Origin: an uncultured Elusimicrobia bacterium
GTDB taxonomy: Bacteria; Elusimicrobiota; Elusimicrobia; 2-01-FULL-59-12
Assembly: GCA_963702895.1 (NCBI GenBank)
Contig: OY969767.1
Coordinates: 512,001 to 576,000 of the forward strand
DNA length: 64,000 bases
Reading direction: 5' to 3'
Part shown: one piece after another, positions 1 to 10,366 of the stretch
Position numbering within the stretch: position 1 is the stretch's first letter
Layout: each line of letters starts with the position of its first letter
Notes under the pieces: model-generated
Seen by the model: only the letters and a program-made list of their open reading frames with translations
What the model was told of the DNA's origin: nothing
Database searches by the model: none
Translations under genes and position numbers: made by a program

Positions 1-1
1 T

Positions 2-433
2 GAAGGAGCCTTTCTTTTTCGTGGATTGGCCAAATATTCCGGGAAAATCGTCAAGAGCAGGACCTCCAGCCCTAAAATACTCCCGATGTGCCCGGCGCTC
101 TATACGCTGGCGGCGGGCCCCCGAGCCCTCAATGACCCGGAAAAAAGAGGCCATCTCTTTGAGGCCGTGGTGGGGATGGATCTGCTGCGAATTCCGGGGG
201 CCCGCGTGTTTTATTGGCGCGACGGCGCTCACGAAGTGGATTTTGTCGTTGAGCAGGAGGATCGGCTGTATGCGGTCGAAGTAAAGTCCGGGCGCCGCCG
301 AGCGGTGGCGGGGCTGTCCGTCTTTCAGACACACTTCCGTGCCGCCAAAGTCTGCCTGATTAGACCGGAAAACTATATCGCGTTCTCCCAATCCGCCGCC
401 GCGTTTTTACAATCGATGTCGGCGGAATCATAG
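2..433 (+). CDS. ATP-binding protein, AAA_14/DUF4143 family, C-terminal part (5' truncated by window)
   Basis: Frame open from position 2; G-LFE, FYWRD..EVDFV..AVEVKSG motifs typical of the DUF4143 C-terminus. Confidence 0.8.
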   Translation, partial: EGAFLFRGLAKYSGKIVKSRTSSPKILPMCPALYTLAAGPRALNDPEKRGHLFEAVVGMDLLRIPGARVFYWRDGAHEVDFVVEQEDRLYAVEVKSGRRRAVAGLSVFQTHFRAAKVCLIRPENYIAFSQSAAAFLQSMSAES

Positions 434-622
434 AGACGCGATAGAGGGCAAGTCCAGCCCTCAGTCAATCGCTCAGTTCTCCATAAAGAGCTCCTCGCCA
501 GGCCTATGTCGGGGACCGTGAAAACAAAGATACCAGCCAGGCCCTAGCGCCTCGGCCTATTGTGAACGGCCATCGCCCTCCTTCAAGTCATGGAGAGCGG
601 TGGCCGGCGCTTTTGTTTGGAC

Positions 623-762
623 GAACCGGCGAATCGGCGAACCGGCGAATGGAAGGAACGGCAGTGCAGAGCGAACAGAGAAGAACGAGCAGCTGAGAGC
701 TTTGCGCTGTTCTCTGCGCGATGCCATATCGCCGGGACGCCGGTTCCCCGTTTCGCCGATTC
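623..762. repeat. Inverted octamer array (GAACCGGC/GAATCGGC x3 ... GCCGGTTC/GCCGATTC) with an internal imperfect GCAGAG..CTCTGC hairpin
   Basis: 623-646 gaaccggc gaatcggc gaaccggc; 739-762 gccggttc cccgtttc gccgattc; lies just past the macB stop. Confidence 0.7.
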
Positions 763-771
763 CTCGATGCT

Positions 772-2745
772 TTATTCGTACCGCAGGGCTTCTATGGGTG
801 AGAGGAGCGAGGCTTTTCGGGCGGGCCAGAAGCCGAAGAGAACGCCTGTCCCAGCCGAAAACACAAATGCCAACACGACCGATGAGGTCGTGACGTCCGT
901 TGCCCAACCCGCAAAAGAGGTCATGACCATCGACACCCCGACGCCCAGGCTGATGCCGATGAGTCCTCCCAGGGTGGATAGGACCACGGATTCCATCAGG
1001 AACTGGGCCAGGATCGCCCGCCGGGCCGCCCCGACCGCCTTGCGCAGGCCGATCTCCCGGGTGCGCTCGCTCACCGAGACGAGCATGATGTTCATGATGC
1101 CGATGCCTCCCACCAGGAGCGAGATCGCCGCCACAATACCCAAAAGAAGCGTGAAGGTCTGCGTGGTCCCTTGCAGGGCCGCCTGGATATCGGCCATATT
1201 GCGCAACTCAAAATCATTATCCTTGTAAGCCGGAAGGCGGTGCTGTCTGCGCATGAGCTGCGTGACCTCTTCCATCACACCCGCCATGCTCTCCGGAGAA
1301 GCGCATTCGATATAGATATTGCTGAAGTATTTCCTGCCCAGGACGCGGTTCATGGCGGTGTTGACCGGAATGAGAATCATGTCGTCCTGGTCCCGCCAGC
1401 CGCCCGCGCCCTTGAGCGGCAGAACGCCAATCACACGGAAACCGATGCGGTTGATCTTGATGGTTTTATCCACAGGGTTTTCTTTGTCGAAGAGGTTGTT
1501 CACCACGGTCTGCCCGAGGAGGCACACGCGCTCCTGCCTCTGGTTTTCCTCTTCCGTAAAGAAGCGGCCATAATACGGGCGGGCGTTGCGCATGACTTCA
1601 TACACCGGCGAGGCCCCGGTGAGTTGGGTGTTGACGTTTTTGCCCGCGTAGACGGCCTGCACGCTTCCCTGGATGTTGCCATCGACATGCAGGATGTCGG
1701 GGCTCGCACGCGGGATCGCCTTGAGATCGTCCTCGGTCAGCCGGCTGAAGCTGCCCACGGGACCGGAAACGCCATGCATCATGGGGAATGCCGGATGGAG
1801 CATCAAGAGGTTGGATCCTAAGCCTGCCAAGCGCGATTCAATGGCTTTCTGCGCGCCTTTTCCGATCGCCAGCATCGCGATGACGGCGGAGACCCCGATC
1901 AAGATGCCCAGCATCGAAAGGCCTGAGCGCAGCTTGTTCGCCACAATCGCGCGCAGGGCGGAACCAAAGTTCTCTTTAAATTCCGCCCAGAGAATGAACA
2001 GGACAGAATGAGAGGAGAAAAAAACGGGTTTCGGAATGTCCCGCCCTTCACCCTTCACCCCTCGCTTTTCAGAAGACTGCTGGTCATCCGTGATTCGCCC
2101 GTCCTTAAGATGAATGACGCGCCGGGCGTGCGCCGCGATGTCCGGATCGTGCGTGACGAGAATCACGGTGATGCCGGCCTGATTGAGGAGCTGGAGGATC
2201 TCCAGGATCTCTTCGGCCTGCTCCGAAGCCAGGTTTCCAGTCGGCTCATCCGCAAAGACGATCCGCGGCCGGTTCACGAGCGCCCGGGCAATCGCGACGC
2301 GCTGCTGCTGGCCGCCGGAGAGCTGATTGGGCCAGTGGCCCATCCGGTCCCCGAGCCCTACGCGGTTTAAGAGCTCTTTCGCCCGTTCTTGGCGGTTGGC
2401 GGTGCCGGAATAGATCATGGGCAGAAGCACGTTTTCAAGGGCGCTCGTGCGGGGGAGCAGGTTAAACATCTGAAAGATGAACCCGATGGTCTTGGAGCGC
2501 AGGAGGGCCCCTTCGTCATCGGAGAGCTGGGAAACATCGCGGCCGTCAAGCTTGTAGGTCCCGCAGGTGGGCCGGTCGAGAAGCCCCAGGATCTGCATCA
2601 GCGTGGACTTGCCGGAGCCGGAAGGGCCCACGATCGCGACGAATTCGCCTTCCTCAATAATCAGGGAAATGTCTTTAAGAACGTTCAGCTCGCCATCGGC
2701 GACCTGGTACGAGCGGCCGATGCCCCGGAGCTCGATTTGAGACAT
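772..2745 (-). CDS. macB: MacB-type fused ABC ATP-binding/permease
   Basis: [67 protein letters not shown] terminus. Confidence 0.93.
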   Translation of the reverse strand: MSQIELRGIGRSYQVADGELNVLKDISLIIEEGEFVAIVGPSGSGKSTLMQILGLLDRPTCGTYKLDGRDVSQLSDDEGALLRSKTIGFIFQMFNLLPRTSALENVLLPMIYSGTANRQERAKELLNRVGLGDRMGHWPNQLSGGQQQRVAIARALVNRPRIVFADEPTGNLASEQAEEILEILQLLNQAGITVILVTHDPDIAAHARRVIHLKDGRITDDQQSSEKRGVKGEGRDIPKPVFFSSHSVLFILWAEFKENFGSALRAIVANKLRSGLSMLGILIGVSAVIAMLAIGKGAQKAIESRLAGLGSNLLMLHPAFPMMHGVSGPVGSFSRLTEDDLKAIPRASPDILHVDGNIQGSVQAVYAGKNVNTQLTGASPVYEVMRNARPYYGRFFTEEENQRQERVCLLGQTVVNNLFDKENPVDKTIKINRIGFRVIGVLPLKGAGGWRDQDDMILIPVNTAMNRVLGRKYFSNIYIECASPESMAGVMEEVTQLMRRQHRLPAYKDNDFELRNMADIQAALQGTTQTFTLLLGIVAAISLLVGGIGIMNIMLVSVSERTREIGLRKAVGAARRAILAQFLMESVVLSTLGGLIGISLGVGVSMVMTSFAGWATDVTTSSVVLAFVFSAGTGVLFGFWPARKASLLSPIEALRYE

Positions 2746-3740
2746 TAAGGACGTCCACCACCGGATGAGCGCTGGCTCTGTTGACTGCTTTGTCGGGGGC
2801 CGCCCATGATGAGCGGGCTCTGGGAGGCGGCCTTCTGAGGCGTGTAGCGCTTTTGAACGATGAGCACTTTTTCTCCCGCTTTGAGGCCGCTCGTGATTTC
2901 CACCTGGTCCGCCGTTTGCAGCCCGACTTGAACGGGTCGCAGGCCCGGCTTGCCCTCCGGCCCTGGCACCATCACGTGATGTGCTCCCGCGGAGGACTCT
3001 TGAACGGCCGCCGCGGGCAGGATCACGACGAGGTCTTTTTTCTTCGAGATCAGCCGGATATTGGCTGTCATCTGAGACCGGAAAAAGGCGGGGACATTCT
3101 TCGGCTCAATCTTGACCCCGTAGGTGATGACGCTTGACACATTCTTGCCCTCGAACAGAATTTGAAAGACCTTGCCCTGGATCGGATGTTCGGGATAGGA
3201 GTCGAGCGTGATGGTCGCGGACATGCCTGGCTTGACCCGCCCGATGTCGGATTCGTCGACATCGGCCTGGACGATGAGCTTATCGGACATGGCGTAAAGC
3301 ACGGTGCTTGCGTCGACGGTCTGTCCGACCACCACATTGCGCAGAATGATGACGCCGGACAAGGGCGCCACGATCGGAGTGGGCTTGTAAGCGTCCTGCC
3401 ATTTCTGCACTTTCTTGGGTCCTTGCGCGCGCGCGGCATCCAGGATCGCGGCGCGGTCGGAAGAGCTCATCCAGGCGAGAATGTCTCCCGCCGCGACGTG
3501 GCCGCCTTCATCAACCAAGAGTTGTTCCACGCGGCCCGAGATCGGCGGTTTGATCTCGACGCGGTTGAGCGGCTGCACCGTCCCGGTCGCCTCCACCGCG
3601 TCTTCGATAGAACCCAGGACGGCCTCGACGACTTGCGTTCGCTCCACCATCTTCTGGCTGCCGGCCTGGGTGCGATACACCATCACACCCGCCAAGCCGA
3701 GGATCAAGAGGAACACGAAGAAGACCAGTATTCGTTTCAT
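2745..3740 (-). CDS. MacA-type periplasmic adaptor (MFP)
   Basis: N-terminal TM after ATG 3740 (MKRILVFF), lipoyl-like SGRV..L.V.EG..V..GD.L, ADVDESDIG; coupled to neighbours. Confidence 0.85.
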   Translation of the reverse strand: MKRILVFFVFLLILGLAGVMVYRTQAGSQKMVERTQVVEAVLGSIEDAVEATGTVQPLNRVEIKPPISGRVEQLLVDEGGHVAAGDILAWMSSSDRAAILDAARAQGPKKVQKWQDAYKPTPIVAPLSGVIILRNVVVGQTVDASTVLYAMSDKLIVQADVDESDIGRVKPGMSATITLDSYPEHPIQGKVFQILFEGKNVSSVITYGVKIEPKNVPAFFRSQMTANIRLISKKKDLVVILPAAAVQESSAGAHHVMVPGPEGKPGLRPVQVGLQTADQVEITSGLKAGEKVLIVQKRYTPQKAASQSPLIMGGPRQSSQQSQRSSGGGRP

Positions 3741-4990
3741 CACAGGTGCTCTCCAAGCGGCTCGCCCAGCGCCAGGCGCCACCTTGCTTCGGCAAGGACC
3801 GCGTCACGGCGGGCCCGCAAATCCGAGCGTTCCGAGTTGGCGTAGTCGATCACGATCAACTCCCAATCATTGAAGGAAAGAAGGCCGCCTTCGTAGCGAA
3901 TGTCCGATTCCTCGCGCCGCTGCCGGGCGGCTTCCAGAAAAGCGCGCTGCACTTGCACTTGGTCCTGGGCGCCCGCGTAATTAGACCAGGCCGCTTCCAT
4001 CTCCGTCCGGACTTGAAAGCGGGTGGATTGTAAATCGTACTCTGTTTTTTCGACATTTTGACGGGCTTCCGACATCGCAAAATAAGTCGCGGTAGGGCCC
4101 TCCCCGAAAAGCGGATAGCTCACCACTCCCGCCGCGGTCCAGGAGGGGTTCGAAGGGAAAAAGCTCTCGCCTGTGAAGCTCCGCGTATAGGAAGCCGAAA
4201 GCGTGGGGAAAAGGGGGCTCTCGGCCGCAAGGAGCGCGGCCTTCGCTTGAGCGAGAGCCGCTCTTTGAGCGATCACCTTCGGGTGGAGTTCCATCAAAGG
4301 CGTGATATCGTGCGGAAATTCAGGAAGGCGTGCAGCGGCCAATGCCCCTTTGGCGGTGAGTTCCGTAAAGTTCTCCCCGCCGAGCACTTCGTTCAAGGTT
4401 TGCCGCGCAACCCTAAGATCCCGAACGGACTGGGAAACGTCCGCTTCCGCTTGGGTGAATTCAGCGGAGGTGCGCATGCGGTTGCCTTTGGACTCGCGGC
4501 CTGATTTGTATCGCAAACTGATCAGGTCCGCGTTGTGTTTCCAAACCTCCCGAATGCGTCGCGCGACGCCAATTTGTTCCTGAGCAAAAAGAAGACCGGC
4601 AAAGGCCTGATGAAGATCGGAAAGAACATTGGAAGAGGTGAGATGATAGCGAGCGAGGCTCTGATCCAGGCTGGCCGAGGCCGAGCGTATGGAAGCGTAA
4701 TCGTCGAGATTGAAGAGGTTGAGGCTGGCGGTGCCGCCTGTCCTCCAACGCGAGAGGGGCGACGTATCGCTGCCATCGGAGAGGCTCGCGTTGAGCGACA
4801 ATTTTGGCAAAATACCGTTATAGCTTCCGGAATATTGAGAGCGGCTGGCCTCAGCGCTCTTCCGCGCGGAGAGGAGATTCGGATTGCGAAGGTTTGTCAG
4901 GCGCATGCAGTCCTTCCAGGTGAGCGGTTCCTGGGCGCTGGCCAGAGCGGTCAAGCTAAAAATATAAAACGCTATTAAATAACGAATCAT
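3740..4990 (-). CDS. TolC-family outer membrane efflux protein
   Basis: Signal peptide, NP.L and P.LS repeats of the OEP family, operon with macA/macB. Confidence 0.85.
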   Translation of the reverse strand: MIRYLIAFYIFSLTALASAQEPLTWKDCMRLTNLRNPNLLSARKSAEASRSQYSGSYNGILPKLSLNASLSDGSDTSPLSRWRTGGTASLNLFNLDDYASIRSASASLDQSLARYHLTSSNVLSDLHQAFAGLLFAQEQIGVARRIREVWKHNADLISLRYKSGRESKGNRMRTSAEFTQAEADVSQSVRDLRVARQTLNEVLGGENFTELTAKGALAAARLPEFPHDITPLMELHPKVIAQRAALAQAKAALLAAESPLFPTLSASYTRSFTGESFFPSNPSWTAAGVVSYPLFGEGPTATYFAMSEARQNVEKTEYDLQSTRFQVRTEMEAAWSNYAGAQDQVQVQRAFLEAARQRREESDIRYEGGLLSFNDWELIVIDYANSERSDLRARRDAVLAEARWRLALGEPLGEHL

Positions 4991-5138
4991 TTTGCATTAG
5001 ACGGGTCGTCAAGAAAATTTGTTCCTTCAACCCCAACCTAACAGATAGAGTCTAATAGTCCTATGATTTCCGTGCAAGGGGAAATCCAGAAAGAGGATGG
5101 TCCCGATCATGGAACCATTAGCCGAAATTCTTCAGTTC

Positions 5139-5221
5139 GTCACCCCGGAGATCCGTAATCCGGGGTCCATCATCGACGTAAAAGACATGATGGATCCCGG
5201 CTGACGGCATGCCGGGATGAC
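5139..5221. repeat. REP-like palindromic doublet, family A (GTCA[C/T]CCC..hairpin..TCCA / TGGA..hairpin..GGGATGAC), long-loop type
   Basis: gtcaccccggagatccgtaatccggggtccatcat ... atgatggatcccggctgacggcatgccgggatgac. Confidence 0.9.
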
Positions 5222-5279
5222 GGCACAAAGAAGGTCCGACGTCTCAGTCGATAAACCACGTCCAATAGAACTTTTCCGA

Positions 5280-8200
5280 TTAGGAATGCGGCTCCCCGAG
5301 TTCCTTGAGGGCCTCTTTGAGATCGCGGTCGTGCCGGTGGGATTCCAGGTGGGACAATAAGCTGTAGGCGGCCGGGACGACAAACAGCGTTAATAGAGTC
5401 GACAAAAGCACACCGCCGATGACGACCTGAGCCATCGGAGCGCGTATTTCGGCCCCTGCGCCCACAGCCATGGCCGTAGGGATGGCTGCCGACATCGTGG
5501 ACACAGAGGTCATAATGATTGGACGCAGACGGATGGGACAGGCTTCCAGAAGGGCCTCGCGCACGCCAAGGCCTGCCTTGCGGCGTTCATTTGTGAAATC
5601 GACTAGCAAAATAGAATTCTTTTTGACGATTCCCATGAGCAGAATGAGCCCTATCGCGCTATAGAGGCTGAGCGAGCTTCCTGTCATCCAGAGAGCCAGA
5701 AAAGCTCCCACGATGCTGAAGGGCAAAGCCAGAAGCACCGTGAAAGGATGGATGAAACTGTTGTACTGGCTGGCGAGGACCATATAGGCGACAAAAAGCC
5801 CAAGAACGAAAACGAAAAGGAGTCCTTTGTTCGACTCTCCATACGTGGCCGCGCTTCCGGAGAACACCATCCGGCTGCCTTCGGGTAAGAGTTGTGATGC
5901 GATCTCCTGCATTTTCCCGAGGGCTTCTCCTTGCGAGTGGCCCGGGGCGACATTGGCAAAGAGCCGAATCGCTCGCTGACGGTCTTTGCGCGTGATAGAC
6001 ACAAGGGAAGGCTTTTCTTTGAGCGTGACAACCTCGTCCAGGGGCACGACTTCCCCGCGGTTGTTGCGCACCCAGATGTTCCGGATATCTTTGGGCTGCT
6101 GCCGGTCTTTGTCCACGAGGCGCACGCGGATGTCATAGCGCCTTCCGCCGCGCGTGTATTTGCCAATCCGAACGCCGCCGATCATGGCGTTGACAGCATT
6201 GCCAATGGACTCCATGGTCACGCCGCGAGCCGCCGCTTTTTTGCGGTCCGGCTCGACACGGATTTCAGGCTGGCCCAGGCGATAGTCCGTGTCGACATCC
6301 ACCATGAACCCGGACTCCTTCATGCGACTCTGGAATTGTTCCGAAAGATCAGCCAGGACGTCCCAGTCCCGTCCCAGAAGCGCGACTTCGACAGGAAATC
6401 CTCGTTGGGCAGAGAATCCCTGCTGAGAGAGATCCTGCACAATCGTACGTTTCACGCCGGGGACCTGACTGAACTCGTTTCTGGCCCAGCCCATCACGTC
6501 CGCCTGCGTATAGCGTTTCTTTGTTTTTGGATTGAGAGGTCTTTCGGATTTAGGCTTGAGCGTCATAAAGAGATTTCCGGTGTCTGTTTCTCCTCCCCCA
6601 AAACCGCCGACCGCGCAAAAATAACGAGCGAGCGCCGGGTGCTCGAGCGCTTTGGACTCGATCTGCTGGAAAACGCGATCCGTGAAATCGATCGAAGACC
6701 CTACGGGGGCCTGAATCCGAACGAGGAACCGGCTTTGGTCCTGGGAGGGGACAAACTCTTTCTTGACCACGCGCGCGACGTAAAACACGGACGAAAAGAT
6801 CGCGGCCGACACCAGGACCGTCGTCCATGGAAAATCCAAGACCCGGATGAGCGTCCGATGATAAAGGGCGCTCAGGCGATCCATCGACCGGTCCAAGGCT
6901 TGACCGATTCGCGTGGTATGACCGACTTCGAGAAACTGGGAGCAACGCATCGGCGCAATGGAAAGCGCCTCGACCAGCGACAGAGCGACCGCGACGGACA
7001 TCGTGACGCCGAACTGATACAAGAACTTGCCCACAATGCCCGGCATGAAGATCACGGGGATAAAGATCGCGAGGATCGCGGTGGTGGCCGCGATCGCCGC
7101 TGACGTGATTTCTCTGGCCCCCGCGATCGCGGCCCGCATGCGAGAGTGACCCTGTTCTCGGTAGCGCACGATATTTTCGAGCACCATGATCGCATCGTCG
7201 ACCACAATGCCAATCGCAAGGGTCAGGCCGAGCATCGTAAACGTGTTCAGTGTAAAACCCAGGAAATAAAAGATCGTAAAGGCCCCCACGATGGAGACCG
7301 GTATGGCCAGGAGAACATTCACCGTCGAACTCCAAGACCCCAAAAACACCCAGCAAACCAGTCCCGTCAGAAGGGAGGCCAGGATCAGATGCAGCTTGAG
7401 CTCATGCGTCGACTCCTCAATAAACTGGGTCGTGTCAAAGACGACATTTAAGTCCGTGTTCGCCGGGAGCGACTTTTTGAGGGCCGCGATCCGGTCTTTG
7501 ACCGCGCGGGCGACCTCCACGGCGTTGGAGCCGCGCTGCTTGCGGATGCCCAGGCCCACCGCCGATTCACCCTGGCTTCGCGAGATGCGCCGAATATCAT
7601 CCAACCCATCTTCCACCGATCCGATATCTCGAATCCGGAACGTCCGCCAAAGAGGAGAGCCTCCTTGGCGGGCGGGGATGATGATGTCCTCAAACTCTTC
7701 GACTGTTGCCGCTTCACCCATGACCCGGATGTTCAGCTCTTGTTTTGGTGTTTCGATGCGGCCGGCTGGCACCTCGGAATGCTGAGTCCGTACAGTCTGG
7801 ATGATGTCATCGACGGTGAGCTCCCTCGAGCGCATCTGGTCTTGATCCAGCCAGACCCGGAGGTTCGGTTCGATATAACCGCCTAAGAAGACCTCGCCGA
7901 CGCCCGGCACGGTGGTGAACGCATCTTTCAAGCGGTCTTTGGTGAACTCCATCAGGAACTTGCGGTCCCGCTGGCCCGTGAAGGCGACCCACATAATGGG
8001 TTGGTCCTCCGGGTTGTTTTTGGTGACGACCGGAGGATCGATTTCAGCGGGAAGATTTCTCTGGGCCTGTGCGATTTTGGTTTGCACTTCCTGGAGCGCA
8101 ACATCAATATCACGGTTGAGGTTGAATTCGATGTTGAGGTTGGCTTGGCCTTGGCGGGAAGACGATGAGATTTCTTTGACCCCTTCGACCTGCACCACCG

Positions 8201-8408
8201 CGTCTTCGAGGGCGTCCGTCACTTCCGTCTCCACGACTTCAGGCGCCGCCCCCTCCCATGTCACGCGGACATTGATGACGGGAAAATCAACATCCGGCAG
8301 CTGGCTGATGCCCATGCGCTGGGAACTGATCGCCCCAAAGACGATCAGCCCGATCATGAGCATCCAAGAAAAGACAGGGTTTTTAATGGAGACGTCGGAA
8401 AGGGTCAT
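5280..8408 (-). CDS. AcrB/AcrD/AcrF-family RND efflux permease
   Basis: 1042 aa; GIVVDDAIMVLENI, GIVKKNSILLVDF, RLRPIIMTS motifs. Confidence 0.95.
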   Translation of the reverse strand: MTLSDVSIKNPVFSWMLMIGLIVFGAISSQRMGISQLPDVDFPVINVRVTWEGAAPEVVETEVTDALEDAVVQVEGVKEISSSSRQGQANLNIEFNLNRDIDVALQEVQTKIAQAQRNLPAEIDPPVVTKNNPEDQPIMWVAFTGQRDRKFLMEFTKDRLKDAFTTVPGVGEVFLGGYIEPNLRVWLDQDQMRSRELTVDDIIQTVRTQHSEVPAGRIETPKQELNIRVMGEAATVEEFEDIIIPARQGGSPLWRTFRIRDIGSVEDGLDDIRRISRSQGESAVGLGIRKQRGSNAVEVARAVKDRIAALKKSLPANTDLNVVFDTTQFIEESTHELKLHLILASLLTGLVCWVFLGSWSSTVNVLLAIPVSIVGAFTIFYFLGFTLNTFTMLGLTLAIGIVVDDAIMVLENIVRYREQGHSRMRAAIAGAREITSAAIAATTAILAIFIPVIFMPGIVGKFLYQFGVTMSVAVALSLVEALSIAPMRCSQFLEVGHTTRIGQALDRSMDRLSALYHRTLIRVLDFPWTTVLVSAAIFSSVFYVARVVKKEFVPSQDQSRFLVRIQAPVGSSIDFTDRVFQQIESKALEHPALARYFCAVGGFGGGETDTGNLFMTLKPKSERPLNPKTKKRYTQADVMGWARNEFSQVPGVKRTIVQDLSQQGFSAQRGFPVEVALLGRDWDVLADLSEQFQSRMKESGFMVDVDTDYRLGQPEIRVEPDRKKAAARGVTMESIGNAVNAMIGGVRIGKYTRGGRRYDIRVRLVDKDRQQPKDIRNIWVRNNRGEVVPLDEVVTLKEKPSLVSITRKDRQRAIRLFANVAPGHSQGEALGKMQEIASQLLPEGSRMVFSGSAATYGESNKGLLFVFVLGLFVAYMVLASQYNSFIHPFTVLLALPFSIVGAFLALWMTGSSLSLYSAIGLILLMGIVKKNSILLVDFTNERRKAGLGVREALLEACPIRLRPIIMTSVSTMSAAIPTAMAVGAGAEIRAPMAQVVIGGVLLSTLLTLFVVPAAYSLLSHLESHRHDRDLKEALKELGEPHS

Positions 8409-9679
8409 AGGCCTTGTCCCATGGCCACACGGAGGTTGACGGCGTTGCTCTTGGCCACCGCGCGGGCGCGCTGCCGTTTGATTCTTAAGTCTTCCAGTTG
8501 CGTGAGGGTCCTGAGCACTTCCAGGTTATTGATGAGCCCCAGGCGGTACTCCCGTTGTTGGACCGTGTAGTTGCGCTCCGCCAGCGTCACCGCCCGTTCA
8601 AAAAACTGAACCTGAGAAAGGCTGTTACGGAGATCCTGATGGGCGTTCTGGATCTCTTGTCGGCCAAGACGCCTGGCTCTTGAGGCCGCAAGCTCAGTTG
8701 CGATGGCCTGTGACCTCGCTTCCTGGACTTGACCCTGGGTCGAGAGTCCTTCGAAAATGGGGACATAGAGCGTAAACATCGCATCCCATCGAACCTCAGA
8801 GAGAGACCCTTCGCGCTCCGTCCAGTAGTCCCCCGTCAAATCCAGGCTGGGTAAATAGCCCCCTTTTGCATAGGCAAGACGATGCTGAGCTGCCCGTTGT
8901 GCGTCTTCTGCGGCCAAGACACTGGGTCGCTTGCTGAGCTGGCCCAAGGCTTCCTCGAGCGTGATGGATGTTGTCTCTGGAAGGGTGTCTAAAAGCGGGA
9001 CCTCCGGCTTCACTTCCGTAAGAAATTGAAGGATTTGACGGGCATTGGCATGGCTCCGGTTGGTTTCTTCGATCTGAGCATCGAGGGAAGCCAGGTCGAC
9101 TTGGGCGCTGAGGACTTCACTGTCACGGGACTTGCCCAATTGCACGCGGCGCTCAAGTTCGTCGAGGCGCTCTTGGGTGAGACCCCGCTGGGACTTTAAG
9201 ATGCCCAGTTCTTCCTGTAAGTCGAACGAGGTGAAATAGATCGTTGCCAGATCCTTGAGAAGATCAAGCTCCGCTTGCTGGCGCTGCCGGCGGGCTTCCA
9301 TGGTCATGGCTTTGACGGCGGCTATCGCACGAAATTCCTTGAAGCCGTGAAAAAGAGGCTGCGTCAGCTGGAAATAGGACTCGTGTTGACTCGTCCGCTG
9401 CGCATCGAAGGACGAGGAGCCTCCCCCGGGATCATCCCGATAGAGCTGCTTTTTCGTCCACGACAGATGGGGAAGGATCGCTCCTACGCCTTGCTTGTAT
9501 TGAGCTTCGAGTTGACGAATGGTTTCATCGTCTATAGCCAGGGTTTCACTGACCTGGACAGCTTTCTTGAAGCACTCCGCTAAGGTGATGCCACTCGGGG
9601 AAGACTGAGCCTCCATCCCAGGCACAAAGCCGAACAGGAGAGCTTCCCATAAGAGGGCATGGAAGATAAGGCGATTCAC
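8405..9679 (-). CDS. TolC-family outer membrane efflux protein
   Basis: OEP repeat pattern; probable GTG start at 9679 with AAGGA RBS; stop overlaps the RND start. Confidence 0.82.
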   Translation of the reverse strand: MNRLIFHALLWEALLFGFVPGMEAQSSPSGITLAECFKKAVQVSETLAIDDETIRQLEAQYKQGVGAILPHLSWTKKQLYRDDPGGGSSSFDAQRTSQHESYFQLTQPLFHGFKEFRAIAAVKAMTMEARRQRQQAELDLLKDLATIYFTSFDLQEELGILKSQRGLTQERLDELERRVQLGKSRDSEVLSAQVDLASLDAQIEETNRSHANARQILQFLTEVKPEVPLLDTLPETTSITLEEALGQLSKRPSVLAAEDAQRAAQHRLAYAKGGYLPSLDLTGDYWTEREGSLSEVRWDAMFTLYVPIFEGLSTQGQVQEARSQAIATELAASRARRLGRQEIQNAHQDLRNSLSQVQFFERAVTLAERNYTVQQREYRLGLINNLEVLRTLTQLEDLRIKRQRARAVAKSNAVNLRVAMGQGL

Positions 9680-9795
9680 CGTCAAATTCCTTTTTGGCTT
9701 GTCAACTAAGCAGCCGCTCGACGCATCATCTGTTTCCCCAATGACGAGGAAATATACCATAGAAGTAATCCCGTTGATTCACAGCCAAGGACAGA

Positions 9796-10290
9796 GCAGG
9801 AAATCTTTAGGGGTGGGTTTTCTCCTCTTTCCCTGGAGCAGGCGCCTGCTCGCTCCAGCGAAATTTCCCCTCCATGGCCCAGGCCTTGCAGCATTGTGGA
9901 GGGTCAGCGTTTTGGTTTCGGGCAGCCTGCGGAACTCGGACCCTCCCCCGAAAGCGCAGCGGTGGGTCCTCAAACCGTCCTCGGCTGGGCACGCCCTCAC
10001 CAAAACGCTTGAAATTTCGAGTCGCTCGCCAGGCTCCTGCTCCAGGGAAAGAGGTTCCTCCCCTTGAAAGCGTGAAGATTGCTTGTTGTGGGGGAGGGAG
10101 GCAGCGAACGACTCGCGGACGGCGGCTGGGTGGTGAGCGCGTCCAGCCGAGGATGTGTGAGCCTCAACCTCTGGCTTGCAGGGAGGAGGCGAGTTCCGCA
10201 GGCTGCGCGAACTACCCAGCCGGGGTGTCCGGGAGCGCCGGAGTGAGTCGCCTCCCTCACCCACAGCAAGGACCCCGAAAGATTTCCTGC
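9796..10290. repeat. 495-bp composite inverted-repeat structure (MITE-like or structured RNA)
   Basis: Terminal IR 9796-9814 vs 10272-10290 (18/19); internal IR 9824-9848 vs 10030-10054 (24/25); second long hairpin approx. 10094-10258. Confidence 0.7.
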
Positions 10291-10366
10291 ATCGGCCAGG
10301 ATTTCCGGGTGGCGTCTCTTCGGGATATAAGATACACTGCCCGCAAGCCTAGGAGGCAGACCCGCC

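Noticed and set aside
5060..5120. Two small hairpins upstream of tolC as a riboswitch
   Set aside because: No recognisable aptamer consensus; may be a terminator or chance structure.
5931..7103. Long antisense or alternate-frame ORFs (e.g. 5931..7103, 34166..35485, 35218..36468, 47097..48140, 48177..49547)
   Set aside because: They are shadows of well-supported genes on the opposite strand in GC-rich DNA, with no recognisable motifs.
9796..10290. RNase P RNA, tmRNA or a known riboswitch; ORFs 9779..10264 and 9874..10692
   Set aside because: I could not find the conserved RNase P or tmRNA motifs, and the ORFs are low-complexity translations of GC-rich hairpins.
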